64,000 nucleotides of DNA from Macrostomum lignano (lineage: Eukaryota): contig NIVC01000406.1 of the NCBI GenBank assembly GCA_002269645.1, positions 563,481 to 627,480 of the forward strand, in the 5' to 3' direction. The notes beneath the pieces were generated by a model. That model ran no database searches, was not told the origin of the DNA, and saw only the letters and a program-made list of their open reading frames with translations. Numbering within the stretch: the stretch's first letter is position 1; every line of letters starts with the position of its first letter. Below are positions 1 through 11,060 of the stretch, piece by piece. The position numbers and the translations under genes were made by a program.

Positions 1-789
1 GATATCAGATCGGAGGTAATGCATTCTGCACCCACCCCCACCCAACGGGGGCTAAGATTAACTATAGTTTTCAACACTAAATTATTAACATAACTACACG
101 TAGATTCTACTATTCAACTATTCTGCGTGAAAGTAGGAGCTCGTATATTTGCGCTACAGCTAATAGCTAGGCTGGTCACTTACCACTTCACAGTGTCCAT
201 ACTCCCAATGCTCGTTCATTCCGTTAAAGATCGTTTAAGCATAAATTCACACTACTGATTGCACAAAGCGATAAAAAATGCTGTACATGCTGCTTGGTCA
301 CACAAGATGGTCTGTCTCACTTAGAGAGACTTTCAATTGGGGCTAATGAAAGCACCGTGGGAGGTGGAGACAAAACTCCTGTTAATGTTACACAACATGC
401 GCCGTGTTACTTGGATAGTCAGTAGATTTTTGAGATTTTGTTTATTGTTTATGATGTCCAAGGAATTCTTCTGTCATGTCAATTTCGTATTCCTGGAGTC
501 TTGGACTACCCCTAACGTGTTCCGAGAGAATATGTAGTTATACTTAGTTCACTGCACTTGAATCGAAGAATTGAAACTCCTGAACCCATTAAAGGATAAA
601 TTTAAGTATAAAAATCGATCTTATAAAACAAAATCGTATTTTCTTTTTTGGAGCAATTTTGAACGCTGTTAGTCGAGAATGTTTTCTGTTAGGTATTAAA
701 TAAGCAAGCAAAATTACACCTATGTAGCCGCTTCGACCCATTGCTGCTTAATGAGAGGCGCAGAGACCATCGGTCGAGTACGAAATCCG

Positions 790-2225
790 TCAGACGCGCT
801 CCGGATCAAAAAACTGTCGAGGCCGCCTACCGCCGGCTCCGCCGAGCTGTTCAACCCGCTCGAAATGGTTGGCCATGGCCTCCAAAGCGATGTAGGCGGC
901 CGCCATGCCCAGCCGGTCTTGGATGAGCCGCAGCAGGAACACCCGGTCCGTGTCGGCCAGCGTTCTGACCAGCTGCGCCTCCTTCTGCCGCCGGTGCCAC
1001 TGGTCCTCCGCTGCGCCAGTTCCACCGCTCGTGCCGCTCGGCTGCGCCCATCGCCCCAACGTCTTCCACCAGCGGCGACGCCGCCGTTGCCGCTTCTCCA
1101 GATGGTCCAGCATCACCCGGGCGAACGTCTTGACGTAACTCCGCCGCCGGGAGCGCAGCGCCACCCGGACGAGCCAAAGCAGCGTGGAGCAGACGAGAAG
1201 CAAGCCGCAGGCGACAAGCCAGAACCAGAGGAACAGGGCGGTCTTGTTCACCAGCAGGTTGATGGGCAGGATGCACTGCAACGTGCGCTTGTTCCACCCG
1301 CCCAGCTGCCGCAGCGGCACGTCGCAAAAGGTCAACGTTGGAAAGGCGGGCGTTTCGACAACGCCATCGGCTTGCTTGGACTGCCGGGTCAGGCCTGCGA
1401 TGCCGAACATCGGGTTGGACAGTTCGAAGCTGTACTGCAGGTAGAACAGGCAGCCCAGAATGGCCAGCAGTCGCAATCCTTTAATCATCAGGTAGGTGAG
1501 GAACAGGCGAGAGCCGCTCAGGCTCACCGGCTGAACCGCGCTGCTTTTCCCTTTGCTCATCAGGTGAGCGCCCAGATGGCGTTTCAAACGGCCGGCTTCA
1601 TCCTGGTGCTCATTTTCGTCTTCTGAGGACGACTCGTCCGACTCGGACTCGGAAGCGTCGCCGTGCTCGCCAGCATTGGCGGCGGGTTCCGCCAGCGCCG
1701 CGGCCGCCTGCAGAGTCTGGTGCGGCTGGGTGGCGACCTGCTCGCAGATGAAGGACCACAACAGGTCGGGCAGCTTGAGCAGGAAGGCTAGCACCATTAG
1801 GATCATAGGCAGCCAGTAGTAGTATGCTGCGGGTTGAATGGAAATTTATGAATGGAACTCAGAATTAACTGCAGCAAGGTAAGAGACCGAAGCGACTCAC
1901 TCTGCGGCACCTTGACCTCCCAGGCGGCCGGCCCGGTCTTGTTGATGTTGGCGCCCGGCACTGCGTAGGCGCCCTCCATGTAGCAGTAGGCCTCGGCCGC
2001 CTGCTCCCACGGGTCCGGCCACTCGGCCGGCACGACGCAGTCGATGCTGTTGAAGAAGTACATCCTGGCTACCAGCACGGCGAACAGGGCCAGCACCACG
2101 GCCGAGGACACGTGACCGGAAAGCGAGTCGAAAAAATCCTGCGGCAACAGGCGGAAACCGAAGAACGCCTCGGCCAGCTGGTTGGCCACAATCAGCAGCA
2201 CAGCCTTCTGAGCGATGTGGCCCAT
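790..2225 (-). CDS. Innexin (gap-junction protein); exons 2225-1901 and 1826-790, about 453 aa
   Basis: ORFs 1803..2225 and 790..1806 join across a 74-nt GT..AG intron (1900-1827) to give ...VKVPQ-T-YYYWLPMIL, the innexin YYQW-type motif. Extracellular Cys pairs are present: SIDCVVP...AYCY and FPTLTFCDV...QCILPIN. Four hydrophobic segments. Confidence 0.93.
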
Positions 2226-3729
2226 TGCTGCCTCCCGATGTAGCCTTGCCTGCGGCCTGCCGACTCAAAACGCTTGGCTTGTATCGCTACTCGATTTCTA
2301 TACGGGTAATGCCGAACTAGGAAAGCGGAGAGTCTGAGTTTCTCTGAGCCAATTTAAGGGCGAGAGCCAAGGAGAGAAAAAGAAGGGCAGCTATTGTTCG
2401 CGCAATGCAGTCTGAGCACAGTCGGGGGTCTCTTTAGCCACACACTGCTCAGCCGCTCGGGCCCCGCTATGTGGCTTTCGCGAGCTCAGCCTGGCAGTGA
2501 AGAAGAACTGCAAACAGAATGATGCGAAGGGAACTGCAGACATCTTCATCTCTTTAGTAAATTCTTAGAGCAGAAAGGAACAGAGAAAAAGAAAGGGTTA
2601 CACAGTGGATGCATGCCGAGCTGCAGTGATGCGACTTGAAACTCAGCCAATCTTGCCTTCAATTTCGTGCTACTCAATACTACTGCCACTTTGTAAGTAG
2701 TATGATGAAACAGGCGAAGACATGGCTGCGAGTTTTTTTTGGCCGATACTTGGCCAGAAACTGATGAGGCTCTGCATAATTGAATGCGCGCTGGGCGTCT
2801 CGGGCCGCTCCGAGCAAGGAGATCTGGAAACAGAATATCTGGAGAGCGGGACCTCTCTCGGGATTTTCATACACGACGAGGCGTCTGCGTCACTCAGGCC
2901 GCTGAATTCTCGATATCCTGCATAAAAATCTTTGGATCCCAAGGGATGCTGAGCTGGTTTCGATAAAATAAAATTATCAGAAATAACAGCTGAAACATTG
3001 TTCGGCTCTAAAAAAACTACTACTCGTAGTTGATAAATTTCTTTGACGCCACAGATACTAGAATAACTCAGTCAACACATTTGCGTGCAAGCTACTTTCA
3101 GTTCAGTAGTAAGTTAAACTGAAGCATGTTAATGATTTTTAAAGACAAGGCTTTTTTTATTGGCTCTTTCCTTCCCGTAAGCCTAAGCCTTCAAACTCTA
3201 ACGCAGAACCTCTACCCCTGCCCCGCCACCCAATTTTTATTGCCTCCCTCGGTTGTTCCAGCCTAAATCTGCAATGTACATTTCAGTGGCTAATGTACAT
3301 TATGGCTGAACCAATTAGCAAGTTGTTTACGCCTGCAAGCTTGGCTTTTAAACTTATCAACGTCATCTCAGCTGCCTTTATTTTTATAGAATAGCTTATG
3401 TATTCTTCTTTGCTACTGTACTGAAAGTAGAAAGCTGTTTTGCTAATACTTATACCTGAGTGGCCCATCTAGTTATTTTAGTATCAAGCAGAATCCAAGC
3501 AGAAACTCGTGAAAGTGAAGGCTAAGGGGAAGTTTTGCCCTCCAGATGCTGGTTTTCAGATCTCTCTGCCGCGACACCGGAGCGTGGGAATTCAGGACGC
3601 GCGACCAGTTGAATAATTAATGAGCTAGCGGCCGCATAAACTCAGCCACCCGCAGGATTCCGTTGGCTGCAATGACTCCGGAGCTGCCGCCTGACTTGCG
3701 CGCCGAAAAAAATAATTTCTCTCCTCCCA

Positions 3730-4488
3730 ATGCTGAGAATTGACGGCGCCGGCGGCGGCTGCCCGCAGGTGCTCTGCGTCAGCGTCGTCTGCGACGGCCG
3801 GCGCCTGCCAGACCCCGGCGGCGGCCAGGACGTCAGAGATAGACATCCAGCAGCGGACGGCAGCAGCAGGACCTGGCGGGACTGGCTGCTCAAGCTGCTT
3901 AGCCGGCGGCGGGTTGGCTGGACTCTCCTGACTGCCCAGCTGGTCCTGACTGCGCTGAACGCCGCGCTGCACGCCGCCCTGGCTCCGGCGCTGGTCTCTG
4001 CGTTTCACGGAGGTGCCGTCGGGGTCGCCTTCGCAGCTCTAGCCGGCCTCGCCTGCGCTGCCGCCGTCGTGGAAGCCGCCACCGCCGCCGCCTTTGGCTG
4101 GCGCTCCGGCGCCAGTCGGCCCGTGGCCGAGCAGCTCCTGCTGGACGTCGCAACCCCGACCTGCGCGCTGCTCGAGACGCCTCTGGTTGCACTGAAGTTG
4201 GCGACGCTGTCGGCTGCGACCGCGGCTTCGGCGATGGCCTCCGCCATGCCGACTTTGAAGGCCTCAGCTGTGGCGGCCGCAGCGCTGGCGGCCGCCCGCC
4301 TATCCGGCCGCCTCCTGCATCTGGCCGGACGGTTTGGCGTTTTCCACGACTGCGTGGACACCGGCCGGGCCGGCCAGCCGGCCTCTGCGTTCAGCGGCCT
4401 GCGACTTCTCTGCGACGGGCTGGCGGCCGCTGGACGGCTGTTCCTACCTGGCCTGCTCATTGTGCTCAACCTGGCCCTGCTGGTCTGA
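3730..4488 (+). CDS. Hypothetical Ala/Leu-rich multi-pass membrane protein, 252 aa
   Basis: GC-rich island with GC3-rich codons in this frame, several hydrophobic stretches and a hydrophobic C-terminus. AATAAA lies about 140 nt downstream. No family recognised and the start codon is uncertain. Confidence 0.5.
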   Translation: MLRIDGAGGGCPQVLCVSVVCDGRRLPDPGGGQDVRDRHPAADGSSRTWRDWLLKLLSRRRVGWTLLTAQLVLTALNAALHAALAPALVSAFHGGAVGVAFAALAGLACAAAVVEAATAAAFGWRSGASRPVAEQLLLDVATPTCALLETPLVALKLATLSAATAASAMASAMPTLKASAVAAAALAAARLSGRLLHLAGRFGVFHDCVDTGRAGQPASAFSGLRLLCDGLAAAGRLFLPGLLIVLNLALLV

Positions 4489-4989
4489 TCGTGTTCTTAG
4501 CGCCTCAAACTGTACAAAATTTCCCCTCAGAAACTCATATAATACTACTCGTACTGAATACAATGCGTAAGTAGCATCGTTTGCATATTTTCAAGCTGAT
4601 GCCATTTTAAAAAACCAGAAATTGAATGGAATAAAACTTTGCTATATCAAGTGCTCAGCTTAGTAAGCCTGATAAATTTGCGCTTTAATTTGTCAGTACA
4701 AGCGAATTGACTAAGTGGACAATGCGAAGGGATAAATACATTCGGTCGGTGCAGTCTGCTACTGTAATAAATTAGAGAGACGCAAATTGTGCCATTATTA
4801 ATGGGCCAGGTTAATCTGAATGCCAACAAGGATGAAAAGTTCAAGCCGATTTTTTATGTCTCTTTTCGTCTTTTTCGTCTATGGCACAAGTTGTGGCTGG
4901 ATTGCAGGCTATGCTATTTTTAGGAATCTGTAGCAGCAGCAGTCCTTCTACTTTAGGTCCTTCTAAATTCCAATTCCAATTCCAGAGAT

Positions 4990-7900
4990 TCATAAGATGG
5001 TGGCCCCGGACCGAGGCCTCAGGCCGCCCGTCCAGGCCGGGTCCTCGTCCTCCGGCCCCCCGCCGCCTCCCCAGCTCCGGCCGTCGACCAGGCGATCCCG
5101 GATAGCCGCCAGCTGCCTGCGGAATCGGCGCACTTTCTCGATGACCTCCTCCTGCATCAGCTTGAAGCACATGGCGAACACGGACAGCCCGATGGCCACG
5201 TAACAGACCGTGGCGACCAGCTTCTCCTTCGGGTTCTCGCTGTCCACTTTGGTGCCTGGATTGGAAGGGGTGTCAGGGGTGCAGACGGCACGGCACGGGG
5301 CTTTTGCGGAGCTGAAGAGTCTGAATCTTATCCAAGGAGTCTGAAGCTCATCTGAGGAGTCTGAAGCTTATCTGAGGAGTCTGAAGCTTATCTGAGGAGT
5401 CTGAAGCTCATCTGAGGAGTCTGAAGCTTATCTGAGGAGTCTGAAGCTTATCTAAGGAGTCTGAAGCTCATCTGAGGAGTCTGAAGCTTATCTGAGGAGT
5501 CTGAAGCTTATCTAAGGAGTCTGAAGCTCATCTGAGGAGTCTGAAGCTTATCTGAGGAGTCTGAAGCTTATCTAAGGAGTCTGAAGCTTATCTGAGGAGT
5601 GTGAAGCTCAACTTTGAAACCTGAGGCTTTCGAGCGCATCTGAAATATCTGAAATTCATACATGTACGAGGAACCCGAGGCATGTCTAAAATAAATGTCA
5701 CTTGAAACTTTTCTGCAAAATTTTCTGCTTATTAAAGAATTCCTTAGCTTTCAGAAAACCCGAAGCACCTGAGGCTCGGCTCACCTGGCACAATATCGCC
5801 GAACCCAATCGTACTCAGTGTCACAAAGCAGAAGTAAGACCATTTCACGTAGTCTTTGTCCTCCCAGATCGTGAAGATGAGCGCCCCGAATATGATGTAC
5901 AGCACCATCACCGACAGGGAAAGGAACAGTGGCACGGTGATCTGCCGCAGTGCCAGGCCCTGCATCGAGTCTTTGTCGTCGTCGTCTTCATCTGGCCGCG
6001 GCGGCGGAGTCGCCAGGTAGCTGGAGAGGCCGCCAGAGGTGCTCTCGTGCACGCTGATGTAACTGCAGCGGCGCAGCATGGGGTTCGAATCCCGCTTGAA
6101 CTCGTCCGCGGACAGCAGCGACGTGTCCGACTCACCCGACGATGCTGACGACGACGACGTCGACCAATCATCGGAGAGTCGGCGGCGAATTCTGCGACGG
6201 CGGCGAGACGGCGGCTGCAGGCTGCGCCAGGACGGCGGATCGGAGCGGCGCGGCGATGCGGACTCAGGTGCGGCGTCGGGGGCGGCGCCGGCAGCGGTTG
6301 GCGGCACCTTCAGCCGGGCTGTCGGCAGAGTCGGCTGTTCGGATCGGACTCGCCGGAGCTGCCGTCGCCGGTTGCCCGCGACGGCGCTAGCGCAAGCAGC
6401 GGTGGTTGCTGAGATGGCCGGCTGCAACTCCCGGTCGATGTCTGCCCAGTCAACCACGGGCACCGCGCGCAGCTCCTCGCTAGTCCACTCTCGAATCGGC
6501 CGCTGTGAGATAGGCGTCAGCACTTCGGCGTTCCAGCTTTCTTCGTCGGCTGCCGCTGACGCGGTGGTGGCGGCAGCGGCAGCAGAAGCTGCCCTGTCGG
6601 CAGCGAGCAGGGAATCAACGCCCGGCAGCTGCAGCGGGGCGGGCCGGGCCGGCAGGATACGAGCCACCACGTAGGCAACGCGGATGGAGGCGCCGCTGCC
6701 CGGGGACGGCAGCTGCTGGAGCAAAGGTGGAGGAGGGGGCGGAGACGACTGGGGCGGCAGCGGCCCCTGCAGCACCGACCAGCCGAGCAGCGGGCGCATC
6801 TCGGGCGAGGTTGTCTCCAAGGTCGGCGACGAAGCAGCCGCCGCTGCTGATGCCGTCAACCCAACTGCCGCTTCGTCGTCTTCATCGTCTTCCTCATCCT
6901 CGACGCTTGCGGCGGATCGACAGGCGGTCGTGAGTGTGGCACTGATCGCCGTCCAGGCCAGTCGGAACGGCGCCGTTGCCCAGCGCCGGCCAGAGACGAG
7001 GCAGGCGTGGACCCTGCGCCGGGTTCGCCGGCGGAATACGCGGCGCCAGGCGGGGCGCAGCAGGTCCCGGTAGAGCAGCCGGAAGCCGTCGGCCAGGTAG
7101 TCGCCAACGCTGTTGAGGTAAAGGAACACCATGGGGATGCCGAAGAAAGCGTATAGCATGGTGAGCAGGTAGCCGGTTGATGTCTTGGGCACGACCTGGC
7201 CGTAGCCTGCGGGATTGCGAGGATGAGAGAGATGAGCACGTGATGTGTCTTCTAATGTGCTGGAAAGAATGTACCAGTATGTGCCAATTATGTGATTGGC
7301 AAGCAGTCTACACTCTATGCAGTCAAAACCATCCGACGCACCAATAGTGGTGATGACAGTCACCACGTACAGCAGCGCGCCGGAGAAGCTCCAGTTCCAC
7401 TCGTCATCCAGGCGGCCGTTCCAGCCATGCACGTTGACGTAGACCACCAGGTCGCGGCTGAACTCCATCAGCCGGGCGGCCAGCGCTGCCCGCAGGCCGG
7501 CCGAGGCCGTCGCGTTCGCCAGCAGACGCCGGCAGGTCTCGTTCAGGCAGACCCGATCGGCGATCGCCTCCGCCATCTCGGCGCTGACGTTGTCGACGGC
7601 CTGTTCGAATCGGAGGCGGACATCTTGGCGGATGGCCTCCTCCTGCGGCAGCTCCAGCCGGCGGAAGACCATCCCGCCCAGCACGGTGTACGCCACGATG
7701 GCGCCGAAGAGGCCCAGATTGGAGAAGGCGAATGCCAGGAAGCGCTTGCAGCAGCTCAGAGCCTCTCGCGCTCGGCGCTTCCTGCGGAGCCGCTGCAGCT
7801 GCTGGCGCCGCTGCGACTTGGTCTGGCGGGCCAGCCGGTTGGCACCGCCGACGCCGCCTCCGCGGTACACTGGCAGGATGCTATGTCCACCGTCATGCGG

Positions 7901-8077
7901 CTGCCATCGCTGCCGGCGGCTCCAGAGCGTAAGACGCCGATGCTGCCGCTGGTAGTTCCGCGCCTGCTGCGGCTGCGGCTGTGGCGGGGTGCCGTCAGAG
8001 TCGATGGGCAGCGAGTTGATGACTCCCCGACTGGCCGCCGCCCTGGAGTTGGACGAGTTGGCGGCGGCGGTGTACAT
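4990..8077 (-). CDS. Two-pore-domain potassium channel (K2P/TWK family); exons 8077-7342, 7206-5785, 5255-4990, about 807 aa
   Basis: Pore loop 1 TTIG|YG is restored by removing a 135-nt GT..AG intron (7341-7207). Pore loop 2 is TLSTIGFGDIVPG|. The last exon gives LVATVCYVAIGLSVFAMCFKLMQEEV (M4). Splice phases sum to a multiple of 3. Confidence 0.93.
5317..5610. repeat. 20-bp minisatellite (GAGTCTGAAGCTTATCTGAG)n in intron 2 of the K2P gene
   Basis: About 14 tandem copies. Variants CTCA/CTTA and CTGA/CTAA recur with a 60-bp higher-order period. Confidence 0.95.
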
Positions 8078-8898
8078 CAGGTTGGGACTGTTACCGGCCT
8101 AGAATTTCTTAGTTTCGAATATTCAAAAAGTCCAAGGAATCATGCAGACTTTGAGGCCGGAGGTTAAAATAGGAGGCAGCGATGGGCCGGAGGTGAGGAG
8201 CCGCTGGGACAGGGAGAAAGTGAAAGACTTTTTTGGGCAAACTGCAACGATAAGGAACTTTGAGGCGAGTGCTTCTTCTAGGAGACCGGGGCCTGTAGAA
8301 TAGTTTAAGAAAAATGGAAGCAGCGGAGGGAGGGGCGACTTCTAAACGAGCGTCCTGAGCGGTCCGCAGCCGGCAATCCATTATCGTCATTGGGGTCGGC
8401 CAAGATAAAAACTTGCCGGCGCTCCTGGGGTCGAGTCTGCGAGCGATGCCCGCCCGGCCTCCTCAATTCAATCAGAGCCGCCCGGCCCCTCCCCGCAAGG
8501 CCGGCAATTTTGTCAGGCGCGAGATTTGGCGCATCTAGTTAGGGCTCGGAGACTGGGGAGGTGCCGCCGCCGCGCCTGATTCCCTGACATTCGGCCCGAC
8601 TAGCCATGAGTGCTCGTAGGCCAGCGATTTGCTAGCTAAGTGGGAGCAATACTTCTGCGGGGACACAAATTTCTCCCAAATTGGTGCAGCAGCGGTGCCA
8701 TTGGGCATCGATTTTTATTGATCCTCAATATGATCCACCGCTTGCTCTCTGATGAGAAGCTGGATTTCTGATGACGGGGAGACCTGCAGAGACAGCTGAT
8801 GGTAAAGGCTTCTGCCAATGGCATGCCATTCATCCATGTATAATGAATGCCATTTTTATGGGCCAAGGGCAAAAAGAGCGACGAATTTACGTCGAAAG

Positions 8899-9180
8899 GT
8901 TATGAGCGCCGAGGGAGAGGCAAGGAGGAGAGGAGTCAGAGGAGTGGCTGGTAGAGTACACTCAATGTACATCGCAGGGTTATGAGCGCCGAGGAGAGAC
9001 AAGGGGGAGAGAAGTGACTTGCAGAGTACACTCAATTGTACATCGCGGGGTTATGAGCGCCGCCGAAATAGGACCAAGGAGGAGAGGAGTCAGAGGAGTG
9101 GCTGGTAGAGTACTCAATGTACATTGCAGGGGTATTAGCGCTGAGGGAGGGGCAAGGGGAGGGAAGTGAGTGACTTGACT
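8899..9180. repeat. Degenerate tandem repeat of 70-80 bp units in A-B-A-B order
   Basis: Four units begin GGTTATGAGCGCC or GGTATTAGCGC. Units 1 and 3 share GGAGAGGAGTCAGAGGAGTGGCTGGTAGAG. Confidence 0.8.
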
Positions 9181-9466
9181 AGCAAAATGCGCCAGATGTA
9201 CAGACGATGAGGACCAAACGGGAAACTACTCGTACAATAGTTTTTTCATTCTCTTGACCCAGGGACAGCCGAATACTAAATAAAAATATTTACATGCCCC
9301 TGTTTCGAGGTTTTGCAAAAAGTTTTGCAGGAGTTGCAGAAGGATACTCGGAAAGATCGGTTCATTTTCGATTCAACTGTCGCCAACGTAGAATGGCAGA
9401 ATGAAACAACCAATGAGGAGAGTTTGATGAGAACGGTTGCACACGTTGGACGTTTGCAGGTGGGGA

Positions 9467-9472
9467 TATAAA
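9467..9472 (+). promoter_or_regulatory. TATA box of the fibrinogen-related gene, copy A (TATATAG at 20100-20106 in copy B)
   Basis: TATAAA about 50 nt upstream of the ATG, at the same position in both copies. Confidence 0.5.
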
Positions 9473-9519
9473 GGAGCTAAGGCTAGAAAGATGTGAGGCA
9501 AACTTATCAGATTAATGCA

Positions 9520-10196
9520 ATGCCCCAGTCCATTAACTGCATCAGCATGATTTCTTATTGCAAATTGCTTTTAGGAGTTCAGTTCATCTTGGCAAATCCG
9601 CTGAGCATCGAAGCTGCCGCATCATTCGAGTTGTGTGAGTTGTGCGAGTTGTGTGAGCTGTGTGAGCTGTGTGAGTTGTGTGAGCTGTGTGAGCTGTGTG
9701 AGTTGTGTGACCTAATGCAACCTGTGCGAGTTTTGTAACCGAGTGCAGTGTAGCACCAGCTGCGCTCACCAGTAGTACCCACTCTGCGCGTGGAGTCCTG
9801 GAACTGGGCCGACCAGCTATTCACAACCGAGTACGAGTCGTTCCAGGTGAACGGCCCGGCAACCAACTACTCTATGGACTACAGCATCAGAGTGACCTCG
9901 GGAACGAACTCCAGCAACGCGTCCGGCTTCGAGCCGTTCTTCGACAGCTCCAGCCGGCCCTTCTCCACCCTGGACGTGGACAACGACCTTGAAGAGACAC
10001 AGTCGGTGTACCAGGCCGCTGCCGGAGGGGCTGGCTGGTGGTTCACTTTTCTCATCAGCGTATACCTAAACCCCAACGGTCTCTACCCGCCTCCTGACAA
10101 GCGGATCTGCATCGAAGCCGCTGACCAACGGCACCTGCTGCGGCCGGGTCGCCGTGAAGGCCATCCGAATGATGGTGACAGTGTGAACTCCCAGCT
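9520..10196 (+). pseudogene. Fibrinogen-related (FReD) pseudogene, a deleted paralog of the gene at 20153-22198
   Basis: The signal-peptide exon is kept. Intron-1 sequence is joined almost directly to the interior of the last exon (ACCCACTCTGCGCGTGGAG), so exons 2-3 and the exon-4 acceptor are lost. A further frameshifting deletion follows RICIEAA. Confidence 0.85.
9625..9710. repeat. 9-bp tandem repeat (GAGYTGTGT)n expanded at the exon-1 splice donor
   Basis: About 9-10 copies, absent from copy B. Confidence 0.9.
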
Positions 10197-10297
10197 GATG
10201 GCAGCAAACTGGCTGGATAGATACTCAGAGTAGCCATCTTGGTGATTTTTTTGTCATTTTTGCTGAACTTTTCTTAACAATTTCTGTTCATCTGCAA

Positions 10298-10620
10298 TCG
10301 TCTCTGTTTACTCCGTTTTCTCTCCCTCTGACCAGTTCAGTCTTGTCATTCTTATCTCTTCCTCGCTGCCTTCTGATTGGCTGCTCAACCTCGCCTCTTT
10401 CCCCAGTCCTGCACTCCACCCCTCACCCCTCCTTTTCTTATCTGCACTTAACCTCCTTTAATTTAAGGTCTAATTTAATTTAAAGTAGGATTGAAGTGCG
10501 CAACTGAGAAAAGAGGCGAGATTGAAGAGCCAATCAGAAGGCAGTGAGGGAGAGAGATAAGAATATAACAAGACTGAACTGGATAGGTACGGAGAGAAAA
10601 CACAGTAAACAGAGAGACGA
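10298..10620. repeat. Fold-back (imperfect inverted repeat, arms about 125 bp) 3' of the FReD gene; second copy at 22310-22671
   Basis: The reverse complement of 10490-10620 aligns with 10298-10425 (e.g. CCAGTTCAGTCTTGT, CTGCCTTCTGATTGGCT, CTCGCCTCTTT). Confidence 0.8.
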
Positions 10621-11060
10621 GTGAGTGCAGATGAACGTTTGTTCTAAAAATAGCATGCCTATCCGCCTTTAACCCACCTCTAGGCTGTTGCGTGTACATT
10701 TGCATTATGTACATTTTTCTATTTTTACAGATTCGATAAAATTTTTATTTCTAGCTCGAAATTCTTTAAGCAATGGTAACGACATATTGAAAAATGCACG
10801 TAAAAGCTGGATTTAAAACTAGTTTTCTGAAAATAAACTATACTTATGAGCTCTTCTTAGCGTGCGACACTAATTAATTTTTCTCGATCTTCACGCACTC
10901 TGCTTTGGGTCTGAAGCCCAGAAGTTCCTGAAGCAAAAAGCGTCGCCTAGCCTCTTTGAAGACACTGATTCAATATTCTTCAAGCCCGCGTATTTGTTGA
11001 GCCCCGTTTAAGGCATCCATACAGACTTGAGACTTGGATAGTAAACAAGATTTATTGATT

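Noticed and set aside
751-1626. Plus-strand ORFs overlapping the innexin and K2P genes (also 6078-6674, 7292-8167)
   Set aside because: Antisense shadows of GC-rich coding sequence.
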